A DNA stretch of 64,000 bases from positions 17,608,001 to 17,672,000 of the forward strand of contig CP075493.1 of NCBI GenBank assembly GCA_021613535.1, given 5' to 3'. The notes beneath the pieces were generated by a model that saw only the letters and a program-made list of their open reading frames with translations, did no database searches and was not told the DNA's origin. This document shows, piece by piece, positions 13,249 through 26,003 of this stretch (its first letter is position 1; every line of letters begins with the position of its first letter). This DNA comes from Adineta vaga. Lineage: Eukaryota; Animalia; Rotifera. Both the position numbers and the translations under genes were made by a program.

Positions 13249-13322
13249 GGGTGTGGGTGTGGGTATATCGGTTTCACTCACATCTACACCTACACCCCTC
13301 ACCCACCCACCCACACCCTCAA
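13249..13322. repeat. Telomere-like hairpin element at the tandem junction (copy 28177-28250)
   Basis: gggtgtgggtgtgggt - atatcggtttcactcacatct - acacctacacccctcacccacccacccacaccctcaa; lacks the usual left ttga end. Confidence 0.85.
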
Positions 13323-13430
13323 TAGAATCAAAATCTGATGGTGAATTTCTGGAAGATCATGGAATTCTGGAACAAAGAGCGCCAGTTTGTGAAGATGGTG
13401 CAATCAATCCTATCGATTGCTATCAACATC

Positions 13431-13504
13431 TTGAGGGTGTGGTTGTGAGTATGAGTATGAGTATGAGTGTGGACTAGACAACAGAACCACTCCCACACCC
13501 TCAA
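13431..13504. repeat. Telomere-like hairpin element with perfect 12-bp termini (copy ~28359-28432)
   Basis: ttgagggtgtgg ... ccacaccctcaa, with internal (gagtat)3 hexamer variants. Confidence 0.8.
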
Positions 13505-13765
13505 TTCTGAATTTAAAAGATTCTTTTTCTAAATATAATGATTTATTGAAATAATTAAGAATAAAAATAAATAAGTTATAAATAAATTCGTTGGTAAATA
13601 AGTATACAAAAGAAAAGAACTACTATGACGCATTTGGATCTGGTTAAAGTTTTTGTCAGATAGATAATTAATCATGCATTATAAATTTGTTTTGAAAGCA
13701 AAACTCTATGAAGTAATATAAAATGAAAGAAATGTTTATGTAATTTTGAAAATGAGCATCAATCT

Positions 13766-15472
13766 CTAATCTTCAAAATCCGACTTATGTTCGAGTTCAG
13801 CCATGAATTTCTCCTTTGATACAGATGGTTTCGTCTCTTGAATGACTGATAAACTCATGACAGGCTTGTGTCGATTCTCTACCGAGTAAATACCATGAAA
13901 GCCACCGACGATATAACACTGCGTTACTTTGCCGCTTTCCCCGTTTTTAAGCTTAACTGGAACACGAATATTGGGTAGCTTTATATAAGTCGGATCGATC
14001 GTACGATCAGCCTCCAAACCAAACAGCTGCAGAACCCACCCAGTGATTAATTTTCCCGAGCCTCCATCGCCATATCTAAGGCCCATATCTCGTGTGATAT
14101 CACATACTTTAATCCAGAACTGTTTATTCACATTGCCTTGATAGGTTTTTATGAATTCATCGAAGATCGGCAAAATACCGTCGATATAGAGACGAAATTT
14201 GTCGTTGCTGAATGATCGTAATTGTTGCGCTTTCGTATAAAGTAATTGCCAGTCATTGAGAGTGCCTAAAAAGAGAAGCAGTATTCATTTAGCATTGCTC
14301 TGCAACACTATTTTCTTCAATAATATATTCTTCACTTCATTAAAAATTTTCTAGGATGCATCACACTATATTTCATCAGATCGATCCGTATGATGCGTTA
14401 TAGCGTTTTTCCGGAAATTACATGTATTCAGATATGAGACGAATTTCCCGGAAATCGAAAATAGCATTTTCCAAAAACTCTTCACAATCCAAGCGGTTAT
14501 TCTAAACTCAATAACCAAAACTTTCATAGAGGGTGCCGCGAAGGGTGATGAGGGTTATATCTCGGTTTTAGGAAGGCTGCAACAACCGGTACAATGGATA
14601 TATACTGCCTTATACTTCATCAATATAATGATTATGTCCACTATGAACATTGTTTTTAGTTTCCGTAATGGCCGTAATGGAGAATTTCCCGGAAAACGCT
14701 ATAACGCATCAAATCGATTGATCTCAAAAGTTTCGAATATAGCTAGAACAATTAGTCGAAAAAAGACGTTCAGAAGGAACCACACGAGTAAGGTGTTCTT
14801 TATCAGAATGATTGAGATTATATATGTGGATATGACAAAGGTGTCTTTCACCCTCATATAGCTACCCATGAAATGCACTTGTCGGATGCCACAGATGCAC
14901 ATCATTCGGCGGTAGTCGAAGTAAGGTTTGAACGCATGCATAATACATGCCGTTGAAAGAATCGATTCGACTTTGCCGGTGGTTGTAAAATCTGCCGCTA
15001 GCACATTACAAACATCACCTTTGACATTGTTCATTATTTTCACTTTCATTCCGTTGAAGAATTGATCCCATTCCCTTTCTCCAAGAAGATCTGCAACAGT
15101 TAACTCTATTTTCCCTTCCTGATGCTCGACAAAGAGAGAGCGTAGTTGTTCAGCATTGTCATTGACATAATCGGCAAACTTCATACACACTACCATCCAC
15201 ATATCATCTGGAGACAACACTAAATCATGGTGTTGATTGTAAGCCGAAATAAAAGCTTGTAACACAGCATTTGTCGATGTTTCTGTATGCGGTCCATTAG
15301 AAACTGTATATAAGGACGAATAATTTTGAAATGCTTTATGTGGACTTAAATCTTGATTTTCCTCGATTTTAGAAAGCCAGTGGTTTGTTACAGAAGATGA
15401 TGATTGCTCGGATGGAAATCGAACTTTAGCAGGTTCAAGTTCATCATCGATAATAACAGTATGAAAAGACAT
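13766..15472 (-). CDS. DUF4419-family protein; exons 15472-14866 and 14265-13766
   Basis: Motifs AYNQHHDLVLSPDDMW, DFTTTG, YFDY..CGIRQVHFMG|TLNDW, ITGW. A 600-nt GT-AG intron restores the frame. TATA-like TATATAAA lies about 40 nt upstream. Confidence 0.85.
14378..14723. mobile_element. MITE-like inverted-repeat insertion in the DUF4419 intron (also ~29307-29652)
   Basis: tgatgcgttatagcgtttttccggaaatt near the left end is inversely repeated as aatttcccggaaaacgctataacgcatca. It explains the unusually long intron; ends are approximate. Confidence 0.65.
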
Positions 15473-18400
15473 CTTATTTTCTCGTATTAGTCAACCAGAC
15501 GCTTCTTACCTTTTTATATGCGTCAGAATAATGCAGACCGTATTATATGCCACGTCATGTAATAACACGTAAGTGTGTCGGATGATAAATATTTACTTCC
15601 TCTTTATTGTTTTTGTTACGTGGTGTAGATATTTTTCTGTGAGCCTATAGAATTCTTTGTTCTGTTCTTATCGCCACATTACTCTATCGTTTCTTTCCAA
15701 CAAACAGTAAGGCTTGAGAGAAAACAAGTTACATGACTTTTCTCTTGCACTGGATGCCGAACATGAATTACACAATAATTCACAAAACTGAATTTCAATA
15801 TAATTACAAACTCTTATGAATTATATGGATATGTAACTATATACATATTTATATATATATATAATATATCCTATTTATATTGGCTAGGGTCTATAAGATT
15901 CTACCAGGGTCTGAGGGTGAGGGTGATGGTGGATGGGTAGGTGACGGTGTACCCACGGAAAAATAAACTAAGTGATACCGCAGTTTTTGACGGTTTGTAA
16001 ATTGAAGGTTTGAAATAGTTATTATGAATCGCAAAAGTCAGACCTTTTATTAGGTTTTTTAAAAACCGCCACAAATCGCGGTTCTTAACGGTTTTCGAGA
16101 AAATTCTAATTCATCGTAGTGGTATTTTATTTCTGCCATCTGTCCGATAATCCTTGATTTTCCATGTTCGCCACTAGTCTACGATCTCGACACGTTGATC
16201 TCATACCGCGGTCAACTCTTATAGTAGTATTATCTATTTTATATTTATCTACTTCTTGTTAGATTCGAACTTATTACCATATGGTGATGTTTATATTAAG
16301 ATCAGATATAGTCTACCCAGGTCGACAAATCCGATATTCGATCCGATAGGACCCTATGGGATCCAACGTTCCTACAAAATCCTATCGGATTCCGATAGAA
16401 TCCGGCATGGGATCCGATCGGATTGCTCGACCTGGGCACATCTAAGTTATTAACAAAATGATCACATCTCGATTTTATTGACTAACAAAACAAGTTTATG
16501 TATTTTTCTGTATCTGAATAATCTACAAGCTTATTAATACTATCAGAAGTAGTCATCTGAATTAACTGTGGCTATAACGTATTCTATATACCCATATTTT
16601 CCAAAAAATCTGCTAAATCCTTAAGTATAATGTCTATTTACATTTCCTATTGATCTGGTTTATTTTCTGTGTAGCTTCACCTTTTTAAATTCTAACTGTT
16701 CTAATTTTAGTTGCACTATATTATCATTTGTTGCCATTTAATAAAAATACTCATTTTTGATTTAAAAATCACATATATCTATACTGTAAAAAAGTGGGGA
16801 ATGGACAACAATAAAAGCGTTTATGATGGTCTCGTAAACGTAAAAAAAGATTGATGAATTTTCATCGTATAAGGAACTCCGTTTTTATTGTATTTGACGA
16901 AGATATAAATCCCTTATGGATTTATGAATCACTTCAAAAAACAGAAAAAAAGGTTTATTATACGTTGTGAATCGTCAAATCGTTATTTTTTATAACGTAG
17001 TTTTTTCCAACTTTCTATGTTGTAGGATGATGATAAATTTAGTTTTAATCGATGAGAAAATGTTTTTATATCATACTGTGACTTTTAAGTGATAAGTTTT
17101 ATTGATATAATCTTATTAGAAAATAACGTTAGAAAATCCAGTCATGTTTCGAAAATAAACTGATTCAAATAATGGTACTATTCGACATAATATACAGACC
17201 GCGGTTTCTAATAGAGATTTCGCGAATAAAAATACCGTAAAAGATGGAGGTTCTCTGATACCGCAAATAGTTGCCAGCATACCGTGTTTTTTCAAAATCT
17301 CGGTTTTCAATGGTGCATACACTGCGGTTTCATTCAAGTATATCGCGGTGCGTCTTCATGTCGGTGTAACTTACCGCAGTTAATTGCGTTGGGTGTGGGT
17401 GGGTAGGTGATGACCTTCTAAGCTAACAAGTGGCTCTTTGGGGCATGGGTTCGCGGCAGACCCTAGTAGAAATAATGACACATATTATATAGATATCATT
17501 ATATAGAAATATGAATTATTTTGTAATTCATTTCCGGCATGGACTCTTCTCTTGAGGGTGGGTGTGGGAATATCTGTTTCACTCATATCTACACCCACAC
17601 CTACCCACATCTTCAACGCCTTTTGGTGTAATGTTATATGGAGAGAATTGAAGATTAATCTTAAAGATGATCTTTTTTCTTTGTTTTTATCAATATTAAA
17701 TATACAATCGATATATAACTTAATTACATGATCTTAAATATAGAAATCAGTTTTCGATTTTATTAGATGAAGATATAACAGAATATAGTTTTTCTTTAAA
17801 AAATACATATACAACAGAAAAAACGATGCTTATGAAGATGAATTAATACACATTTTGATTTTTTTTTTCGTTTAAAATTTCAAATATAACTACTTTATGT
17901 TAGCTTATTTCTCCTTCAAAAGACTCCTGCACACTAGACACTAGTAAGCCGGACGAATTCGATAATAAGCTTGAGATCTATAATAGCTTGGTTAGTCATG
18001 TTTGATCCTACTTTAGTAATGGCGTTGTAGATTATTTGAATAAAGTCTTTAAAAAAGACTAACTTTTATTTCAAAAAAAAAATATACACGACTGATGTCG
18101 ATCTAAGTTCAAAGACAACCGATCATCGGGGGATAGACTAGTTCAAAGATCAAACGGCCGACAAAATCATTGAAAATAGAGAAGAAAGAGAAAGCAAAAA
18201 GAATATGTTGCTTGTGTGTGGATGAACCTCACATAAGACAACAGAACACGAAAAGAGAAAGTTAGCGATAACGATATACTAACTGTTATCGCTAACACTT
18301 TGTATAATCGAAAAATATACGTTTTAATTCAATCTTGACATTTATATGACATTCTATTCAATGATAGATATATAGTCAGTAATTTGTTTCTACTAACAAC

Positions 18401-18703
18401 TGATTATATCTTGATTATTATGACTGTTGAAACAAAAAAGTGATCATTACGCAAATCTTTCCAAAATTATTTATTAGAAAAAAAGCAAGAATATTGTTTT
18501 TAATGCGATGTACTGAAACGTTTGTCTCTGTGCCCAATTTTACTTGACAGATTTTTCATCAATTGACAAAGATTAGATAGTATCAGAAATTAATGATTAT
18601 GTTCGCTTTTGGATACTTTATTTATGTTTCATGAGTAGAAGGATCAATACAAGAGAGAAATCAATCTGTCGATTCGAATTATAATTTAAAAAATGATTTT
18701 TGT

Positions 18704-20083
18704 TTATTTGTCGACAACATAAAATGTCTTTTTCTTGCTCATAAATCCCCATATAAAAGCTATCGCTTCACAAATAGTTATAAATGGTATATTGACGAAT
18801 ACACAGATCATCTTAAATATAAAACGAAAATAATTCAATCGATGCGAGTGAAATGAATAAAAAGCTCCAATAAGATAAAGATAGATTACCACTACACTAG
18901 TAAAATTGGTTAGACATTGAATAATTAATGGTAGATCAATTGAATATAATGGTGAGATAAAAAAGTATAAAGTGCTAAACAAGACACAGAAGGGGGAGTA
19001 AACAGATATTCCAAGATACAAACGTAACATAATGGGAAGTGTTTTATCATGTACAATAAGTAGAAGACCTTGAACCCATCGTTTTCGTTGGTGAATAAAA
19101 TCATATAGAGTAAATGTTGATTTTTCTAACATTTCACCTTCAATCCAGTCAAATTTAAAACCAGATGACATAGCTTTCATAGCAAAATACATGTCTTCAG
19201 CTATTGATCCATTAGCACCATTATCAAATGTAATTGCTTGTTCACATTCTACTTTAACAAACAATATATGAACCTTTAAACATAAATACTGGTAGATGAA
19301 ATAATTTCAAGCAACATCTGAGAAGTCCTAAATCTATTCCTACTCGTAATGAATCACCTAATGTTGTCATCTGATTAACAACACCATTACTATTATATGT
19401 TATTACTCCTTGTCCTATTGAATAGCCATTTTCGTTATTGATAAAATTTATAATACCATATAAACTATTTTTAGTTAAAAGTGTTTCTTCATCTAAATGA
19501 ATTATCCAATCATTTTTATCAAGTAACTGTTGCTCGATAGCATACTGTAGTGCACGAGCTTTAAACAAAGAACCTTTTTTCGTACGATAATTTTTAGGCA
19601 CCACAACTTGTCTTACTCTTGAATCATAGTTATCTAATATTTCCAAAGGTTTGTCTGTGACTAATTCTAAACAAATATTAGTTAGGCCAATATTATCACA
19701 TAGAAATAAATTATGTTTAATATTATCTCGGACAAGAAGAGGATAATCACCACGTGTAACAACACGAATACATATTCTAGATGATAATTGTGGTGAATAT
19801 TGTAAATATGGTTGCTTGAATATGTCAAAAAAAAGTAAACCAATCGTATTCATAATAGCCAATGGAAGTGTGAATAAAGGTAATAAACCAAAAGAATAAA
19901 TTAAGGTAGTTATTAGTAAATCATATGATTTTTAATGAAGGAAACTGTAATAGAAGTATTAACTTCAAGTGGTGATGATGATGAGAATGACGAACAAGTA
20001 TAATAGCATAAACTTTCGAATATTGTTGTAAATATAATGAAACAGCATACATGTATAGCATGATAATATCGAGAAAAACTCAT
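18704..20083 (-). CDS. egh: Egghead/BRE-3, copy with several single-base indels
   Basis: Indels near 18995, 19257 and 19932 relative to the intact copy. Confidence 0.8.
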
Positions 20084-22952
20084 TAAGCTACGTTACTAAA
20101 ATCAAACAGAAAAAAATCAGTATAATTTATGGAACTATGGATAAGCTTAGTAAAGGTAGAGTAAAGATGAGGAGTTCTACTACAAATACGAATATTCTCA
20201 TGAATGGCCTCCTTCTAATTTTCGAAACAAATGCAAAAATTATGAGTTACGTGTACCGAATTTTTCTAACCCATGTAAACACCAGACGCAGGATAGCTGC
20301 GTCTCGTCGCGTCTGTGTTTGAAAATCGCATCGAGACGCGGCTTAAACTCAATTTTATCGCGTTCAAATGCGTATTCATTTATAACCGCGTTCAGACGCG
20401 AACACCGAATAATTTTTCCTTGCGTGTAGACGCAACTTCATATAAAGTCGCGTTCAGACGCGATTGAAAAAATTTTGAGCTGCAATTAGACGCGATTTCG
20501 TATATAGACGCGTTCAGATGCAATTAAAATAGCTTTCAACTGCATCCAGACGCATTTATTAACAGAATCGCGTCTATAAGCGTTTTGCATTGCGAAAAAT
20601 AACCGCGTCCAGTCGCAAATCATATTAGAATCGCATGCAAACGCATCTAAAATAAGTATCAAACGCGACTAGATGCACCTTTGTGTCAAATAGTCTCTAA
20701 ATGCGTTCAAGAACGTTTTCGAAGTGCGTCAAAACGCAAATTGAAAACATTTCAGTACGAGCTCTGTGCAAACCGCGGTTAAACGCACTTATTGGAAAAT
20801 ATTTCGGTGCTTTGAAGCGCGTTTATCTATCCTATTACATATCAACACATTTACTTCTAACGATATTAGTCAAATTTTTCTGTTAAAAATATTGCTTATC
20901 TTTCTTTTGAATACACGTATGTCGTTTTCCATGTCGAAAGACGTTGAAATGCAAAATACTGTATATCGGAGACCAAATAAATAGATAAGAACTGTTATTT
21001 GTACGTGTTTAGAAAGATTTTTAATAACCAATTGATATCTGTTTTTCAAATAAACTCTATCAATCTAATTAAAATCCATAGGTTAACTGTATATATCTGA
21101 TTTATCAAAACTTTTATTAGATTTTTATTGTTGTAAATTACATTTCAAATAAAATTAGAGATAGAAAAGACAAAAAATATACAATTTTATTTGAAATTAT
21201 TGTAAAAAATACGATAATGTGTCGTACTTTCTTCATATAGACAGAAGCAAACATTCTTATATTCATGTATAGAAGTTCAGAAGTATTCAATCAAATACAT
21301 ATCGTTTTGAATAAGAATATATTTCGAGTAAGTATAGTTCAGTGGTGTATGTTCACGACTTCTGATCGATGGTTCACATGTTCAAATCTGCTTCTGGTCA
21401 TGTAAGTTAAAATTCAATTCATAGGCTAGGGTAGGCTAAGACCATCAGGATATAATGTGGATGGCGACTCCGTTCGAATCTGAGATGAATTGACAGATTT
21501 TTTGCCTAATTTTTAAATTTAAATAAAACGCGTCTAGACGCCCCGATTGTTTCATAGAGGACGCAGTTCCAAATCAAGGTGCGTTTAGACGCAACTAGTT
21601 TTCAATCGCGTTCAGACGCAGTTTATTCTGACTCGCATCTGGGCGCCTCGATTGTTTCACTGACGACGCGTATAGACGCGCTCAACTGCTTCGATTTAGA
21701 CGCGTTCGGCACGCAGTCGAAACGCGTTTTGACTCAAAAAATGTTTACATGGGAAGAGGATCAATTTACTAACACATAAACAGCTTATGTTTCTCTTCAC
21801 AGAATTAACCGAATCAACATACATTTATTATTCATTCTAAAAAAAGAACGTCTTCACGTTGAGACATAGTTAAAAATGCTTTTTGTTTTCATAAAAATGA
21901 TCGATAAATATTATGTAAATATTGTATGAATTTCTAATCATCATGCGTTTTAAAAGTAAATTAGTTATAGAAAGGAAGAAGGAAAAAGCCAAGAGACATC
22001 GGTATTAATATCAGTCATCGACAAATTATTGTCAACAAATATTTTTTCGACAAGACATTTCGTCGACAAACGTTTCGTCGACAGACATTTCGTCGACAAG
22101 ATATTTCGTCGACAAGATATTTTATTGCCTAATATTAGAAGAGACAGTATTGGTGTTCAATGAGTAAATGTATCCATCATAGAGAACCACCCGCTTGCCT
22201 TTTGTCGTAACACTAAACTTGAGGGTAACCGTGCGAGTTGCCATAATGAAGAAGAAAGTGAAGAAGAATTTGTAAATATAATAAGAGAAGTCGATTGACC
22301 GACGCTATATCTATCAGCGAGCGACACTTGAGCCAATTAGTGGCAAAATACTTGTAATTTAGAACGAAGAAAGTTACATTGATCTCTTTTTTGTTACGTT
22401 CCAAAAGAGGAACAATTTTCATCAATTTGCTCAGTGCAAAATTGGATTATGAGTTTAGTTTTATTGATAAAGTAAATATACAACCATGAGGACAAAAGAT
22501 TGATTGTTCACGAAATATTTGTCGACAAACTATCTTGTCGACAAACTATCTTGTCGACAAACTATCTTGTCGACAAACTATCTTGTCGACAAAATGTCTG
22601 TCGACAAAGTGTTGTCGACGAATGATATGTAATTCGAGACATCAAGGGAATATTGTAATATCATACACACTTATGAAATTAACGATATACATAAAGAAGA
22701 TTGAGAAGAAATAAATGTAACAAACATTAATAATGTAATTCTAGAAGAGAATTTTCACATAAAAGTATACGATACAAAATGAGATTGGGGGCAAATTGCG
22801 ATAAAACTAGATTTATTACATTTTTTATATATTTTTTTCTTCTCATCTCGCCTACAATGCTCTAAGAAAAAGAGTATCCAATAATATATAAATGAAGTTA
22901 ATGATATAAAAACCAGAAATCGATTGAGAAAAGTTTTCTATCAACGTATAAT

Positions 22953-25176
22953 ATGACGTGCGAAATGGCTCCTGAGTTCTTTATATGTCCAATTACTTAT
23001 GAATTGTTTAATGATCCCTTCATAGCTGCTGATGGTCATACGTATGAACGAGCAGCTATCGTTCAATGGATAGAACAAAGTGCAGGTACAAGTCCATTAA
23101 CAAGAGAGCGTATCACAGTAGAAGATCTACGTCCAAATCATAATATCCGATCAGCAGTTGAAGAATTTAAGAAACGTTCACAACATAAACAATATAAATT
23201 TGAACTTAATGTTGACATTAAACGAAAAGCATTGATAATACAATCGTTTGGTAAAATGATATACAAAGCTGAATGGATACCTAGTACAAGGGGACCACCA
23301 ATTATTCTATTACAAATTGATGGTTTTAGAGCAATGAGAGAGGCACAATTTTATGCTAAACTTGTTCATCCACAAATTGTTAGAACTTACGGACATCTTG
23401 AAACTGTGCAACAATCTGTAACTCTTGTACAAGAACGTGCGCCTAATGATTTACGTCAACTTCTTTCTAAGTTAAATCACCAACCATCCGAAGCTATACT
23501 TTGTGAAATGTTTATTCAGATAGCCAATGGAATGTCTTATCTAGCACGCATGAATATTGTTCATGGAGACTTAGCGTGTCGAAATATTCTTGTTTTTAAC
23601 TATGATGAAACAAATGTACAAAAATCTGTTGTTAAAATAACTGATTTTGGACTTAGTCGTTTTAGTAATCTATACATGACGGTAGGCAATACTGTATCTA
23701 ATAATATTGTTCCTATTCGCTACGCCGCTCCTGAAGTTTTAAACTCTCAAAGACCAGATGAAAAATCAGATATTTTTTCCATGGGTGTATTAATGTGGGA
23801 AGCATTTGAAAAGGGACAAATACCGTGGGTAGAGATAAACAATGATGCTGAAGTTAGTTGGCGAGTGATGAATGGTCAGAGATTAGCAAGACCCGCAACA
23901 TGTTTGAACGATAATATGTGGCGTCTAATTCAACAATGCTGGATGTTAGAAAAAGAAAATCGTCCACATTTTACAGATTTACGGAGAAGATTAGAGGAAA
24001 TACTTTATCCCAGAAGACTATCAAATGGTACGTATATTATTTCAGGCAAAGAATGTTTTCGGTACCAGTTTTCATTTTTAAGTTAACTCCATCACTCGTT
24101 GGTAATGTCCAGTTTTCAACGATCCACCAAATTCTAACGGGGCAAGTTTTTGAAATACGTATGCATAATTCTATAAGACATTTTAAACATCTTGTCAAAA
24201 TTGTAGATGCCTTCTAATCCAATTGTTATTATACCTCGAGAACATCCTAATACATTACCTCGCGAGAGTCCAAATATAAATCCAACACCAATACCACATC
24301 CAGATTGACGTAAAAAATTCAAAAAAATTGTAGTAAAACATAAATGTGTACTAATAATTGTATTATTTCTTACACTTGGAGCAAGCATTACATTGGGTGT
24401 TATATTTGGACGAAAAGATTCAGGTAAATAAAATTAATTGTATAGATCTTATTCTTCTCTTCTGCATATTTTTTCGATCAACAGGAAAAGATAGACCCAT
24501 AATCCCATCTAATACTATTATGATTACTACTATCACAACAACTCCTATCCGTAAGTTATTCTGATAAAATCGAATATCATAGTATTATTGGTTCTTTTCT
24601 TACTTTAACTTAGCTGATGTTATGCTCACGAAAATAAGTGATCGGGTTTTTGGAATCTGGAATACAGCTGTCGGTGGTCATAGCACACCGGCTATTTCAT
24701 CTACTGCTGGAGCGTCTGGGAATTATGTACCCAGTGAACATCCTCAACTAATACTCGACAATGAAACATCGACAAAATATTTCAATCATGGCAATGGAAA
24801 CTTTAATGTTTACAGTATTACGAAAGGTGTTGGAACTGGCTTTTATATTACACCTTCAATGGGTCTATCAATCTTAAAAAGATTTCGAATTGCAACAGCT
24901 GACGATCGTCCACTTCGTGATTCATTGTCAATTACGATAGAGTGTAGTAATGCTACTGGCAATAGTCTAATAAATGGTTTCACCTGGCTTTTAATTCATA
25001 GTGGATCAACTGGATTACTGCTCGATCCAGATCGTCAAGAATTTGGTAACGATCAGTTTCTTAACAATAATAATATAGCATACAGAAGTTATCGTGTACT
25101 GATAGCTTCACAACGTGGATCAGATAATGCCGTACAATATAGCGAATTTCATCTTCTTGGTTGGATTTTTCATTAA
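22953..25176 (+). CDS. U-box E3 domain + tyrosine-kinase-type domain; downstream exons encode Pro-rich linker, TM, Thr stalk and F5/8C(discoidin)-like domain. Predicted exons 22953-24027, 24083-24141, 24207-24423, 24485-24550, 24614-25176; in-frame stops at 24103 and 24306
   Basis: U-box FICPITYELFNDP..DGHTYER..I.QW..SPLTRE..L.PN; kinase HGDLACRN, KITDFGLSR, PIRYAAPE, SDIFSMGV. Introns of 55-65 nt keep phase (one GC-AG). Confidence 0.8.
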
Positions 25177-26003
25177 GCTAGTGATGTCTTGGTACAAAAT
25201 ACTAATTGAAATAAAATGAGGGTGAGAATGTGAGTTTTTTCAAGAATAAAGATATCCACCGAATTAGACGAATTTATATCGAAAGTATATGAGGTGTGGG
25301 TGGGTGTGGGTATATCTTTTTACTTCACAACCACACCCACCCACCCACCCACCCACACTCTCAATTGAGTCGTAATGACGAACGTTACTTGTTAAATATT
25401 CATCTTTAATCTGTATGAGACCATTCATTTCTTTTCTTATGTGTACATATTTGTTATTTTTCTGCCAAATATTTTTTTATCATTTACATCAAGATTATTA
25501 AAAATATGAATTTCTATCAAAATGAGTGAAATTTCATATGCATTCTATTGTCTAGTCAAAACATTACCTAAATTATTTCGATTAATATCGAATATATATG
25601 AACAGAGTGTAATTATGAAATAAGTTACATAAGAATCTGTAATTCGGTACATTGTGTGTCTAACATTTCTTTATTACTGTTTATCATGTTGTCATATTTC
25701 CAAAACTTACCTACTGAAATGTATATATATATATATATTAATGATAATTTATTTGTATTCATCCTAGTCTAGAGAGTGAGTAATTGTAGTATATTGACAC
25801 ACCAATCTCACCTTTACTCACCCTGTAAGAGAAATTTTGTCTATGTATTCAATACTATTAGGACTACAATAAGAAAAAGAAAATGGAACTGGCAAATATC
25901 TAATAAAGATAAAGCCTAACTTTATTTCTTTGAAATGTGTTTCATTAAATGGATAAAAATTAAAAGTTAGATTCGACGTATATTGAATGAATAAGTGATA
26001 TTT

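Noticed and set aside
13249-13322. An actual chromosome end or telomere fusion
   Set aside because: Only 2-4 repeat units with the G-strand arm first and a family-conserved spacer; many similar copies are interstitial.
13205-13477. 90-aa ORF across the tandem junction as a new chimeric gene
   Set aside because: Translation of telomere-like repeats (GVGVG, TPTP, SMSMS); no splice or promoter support.
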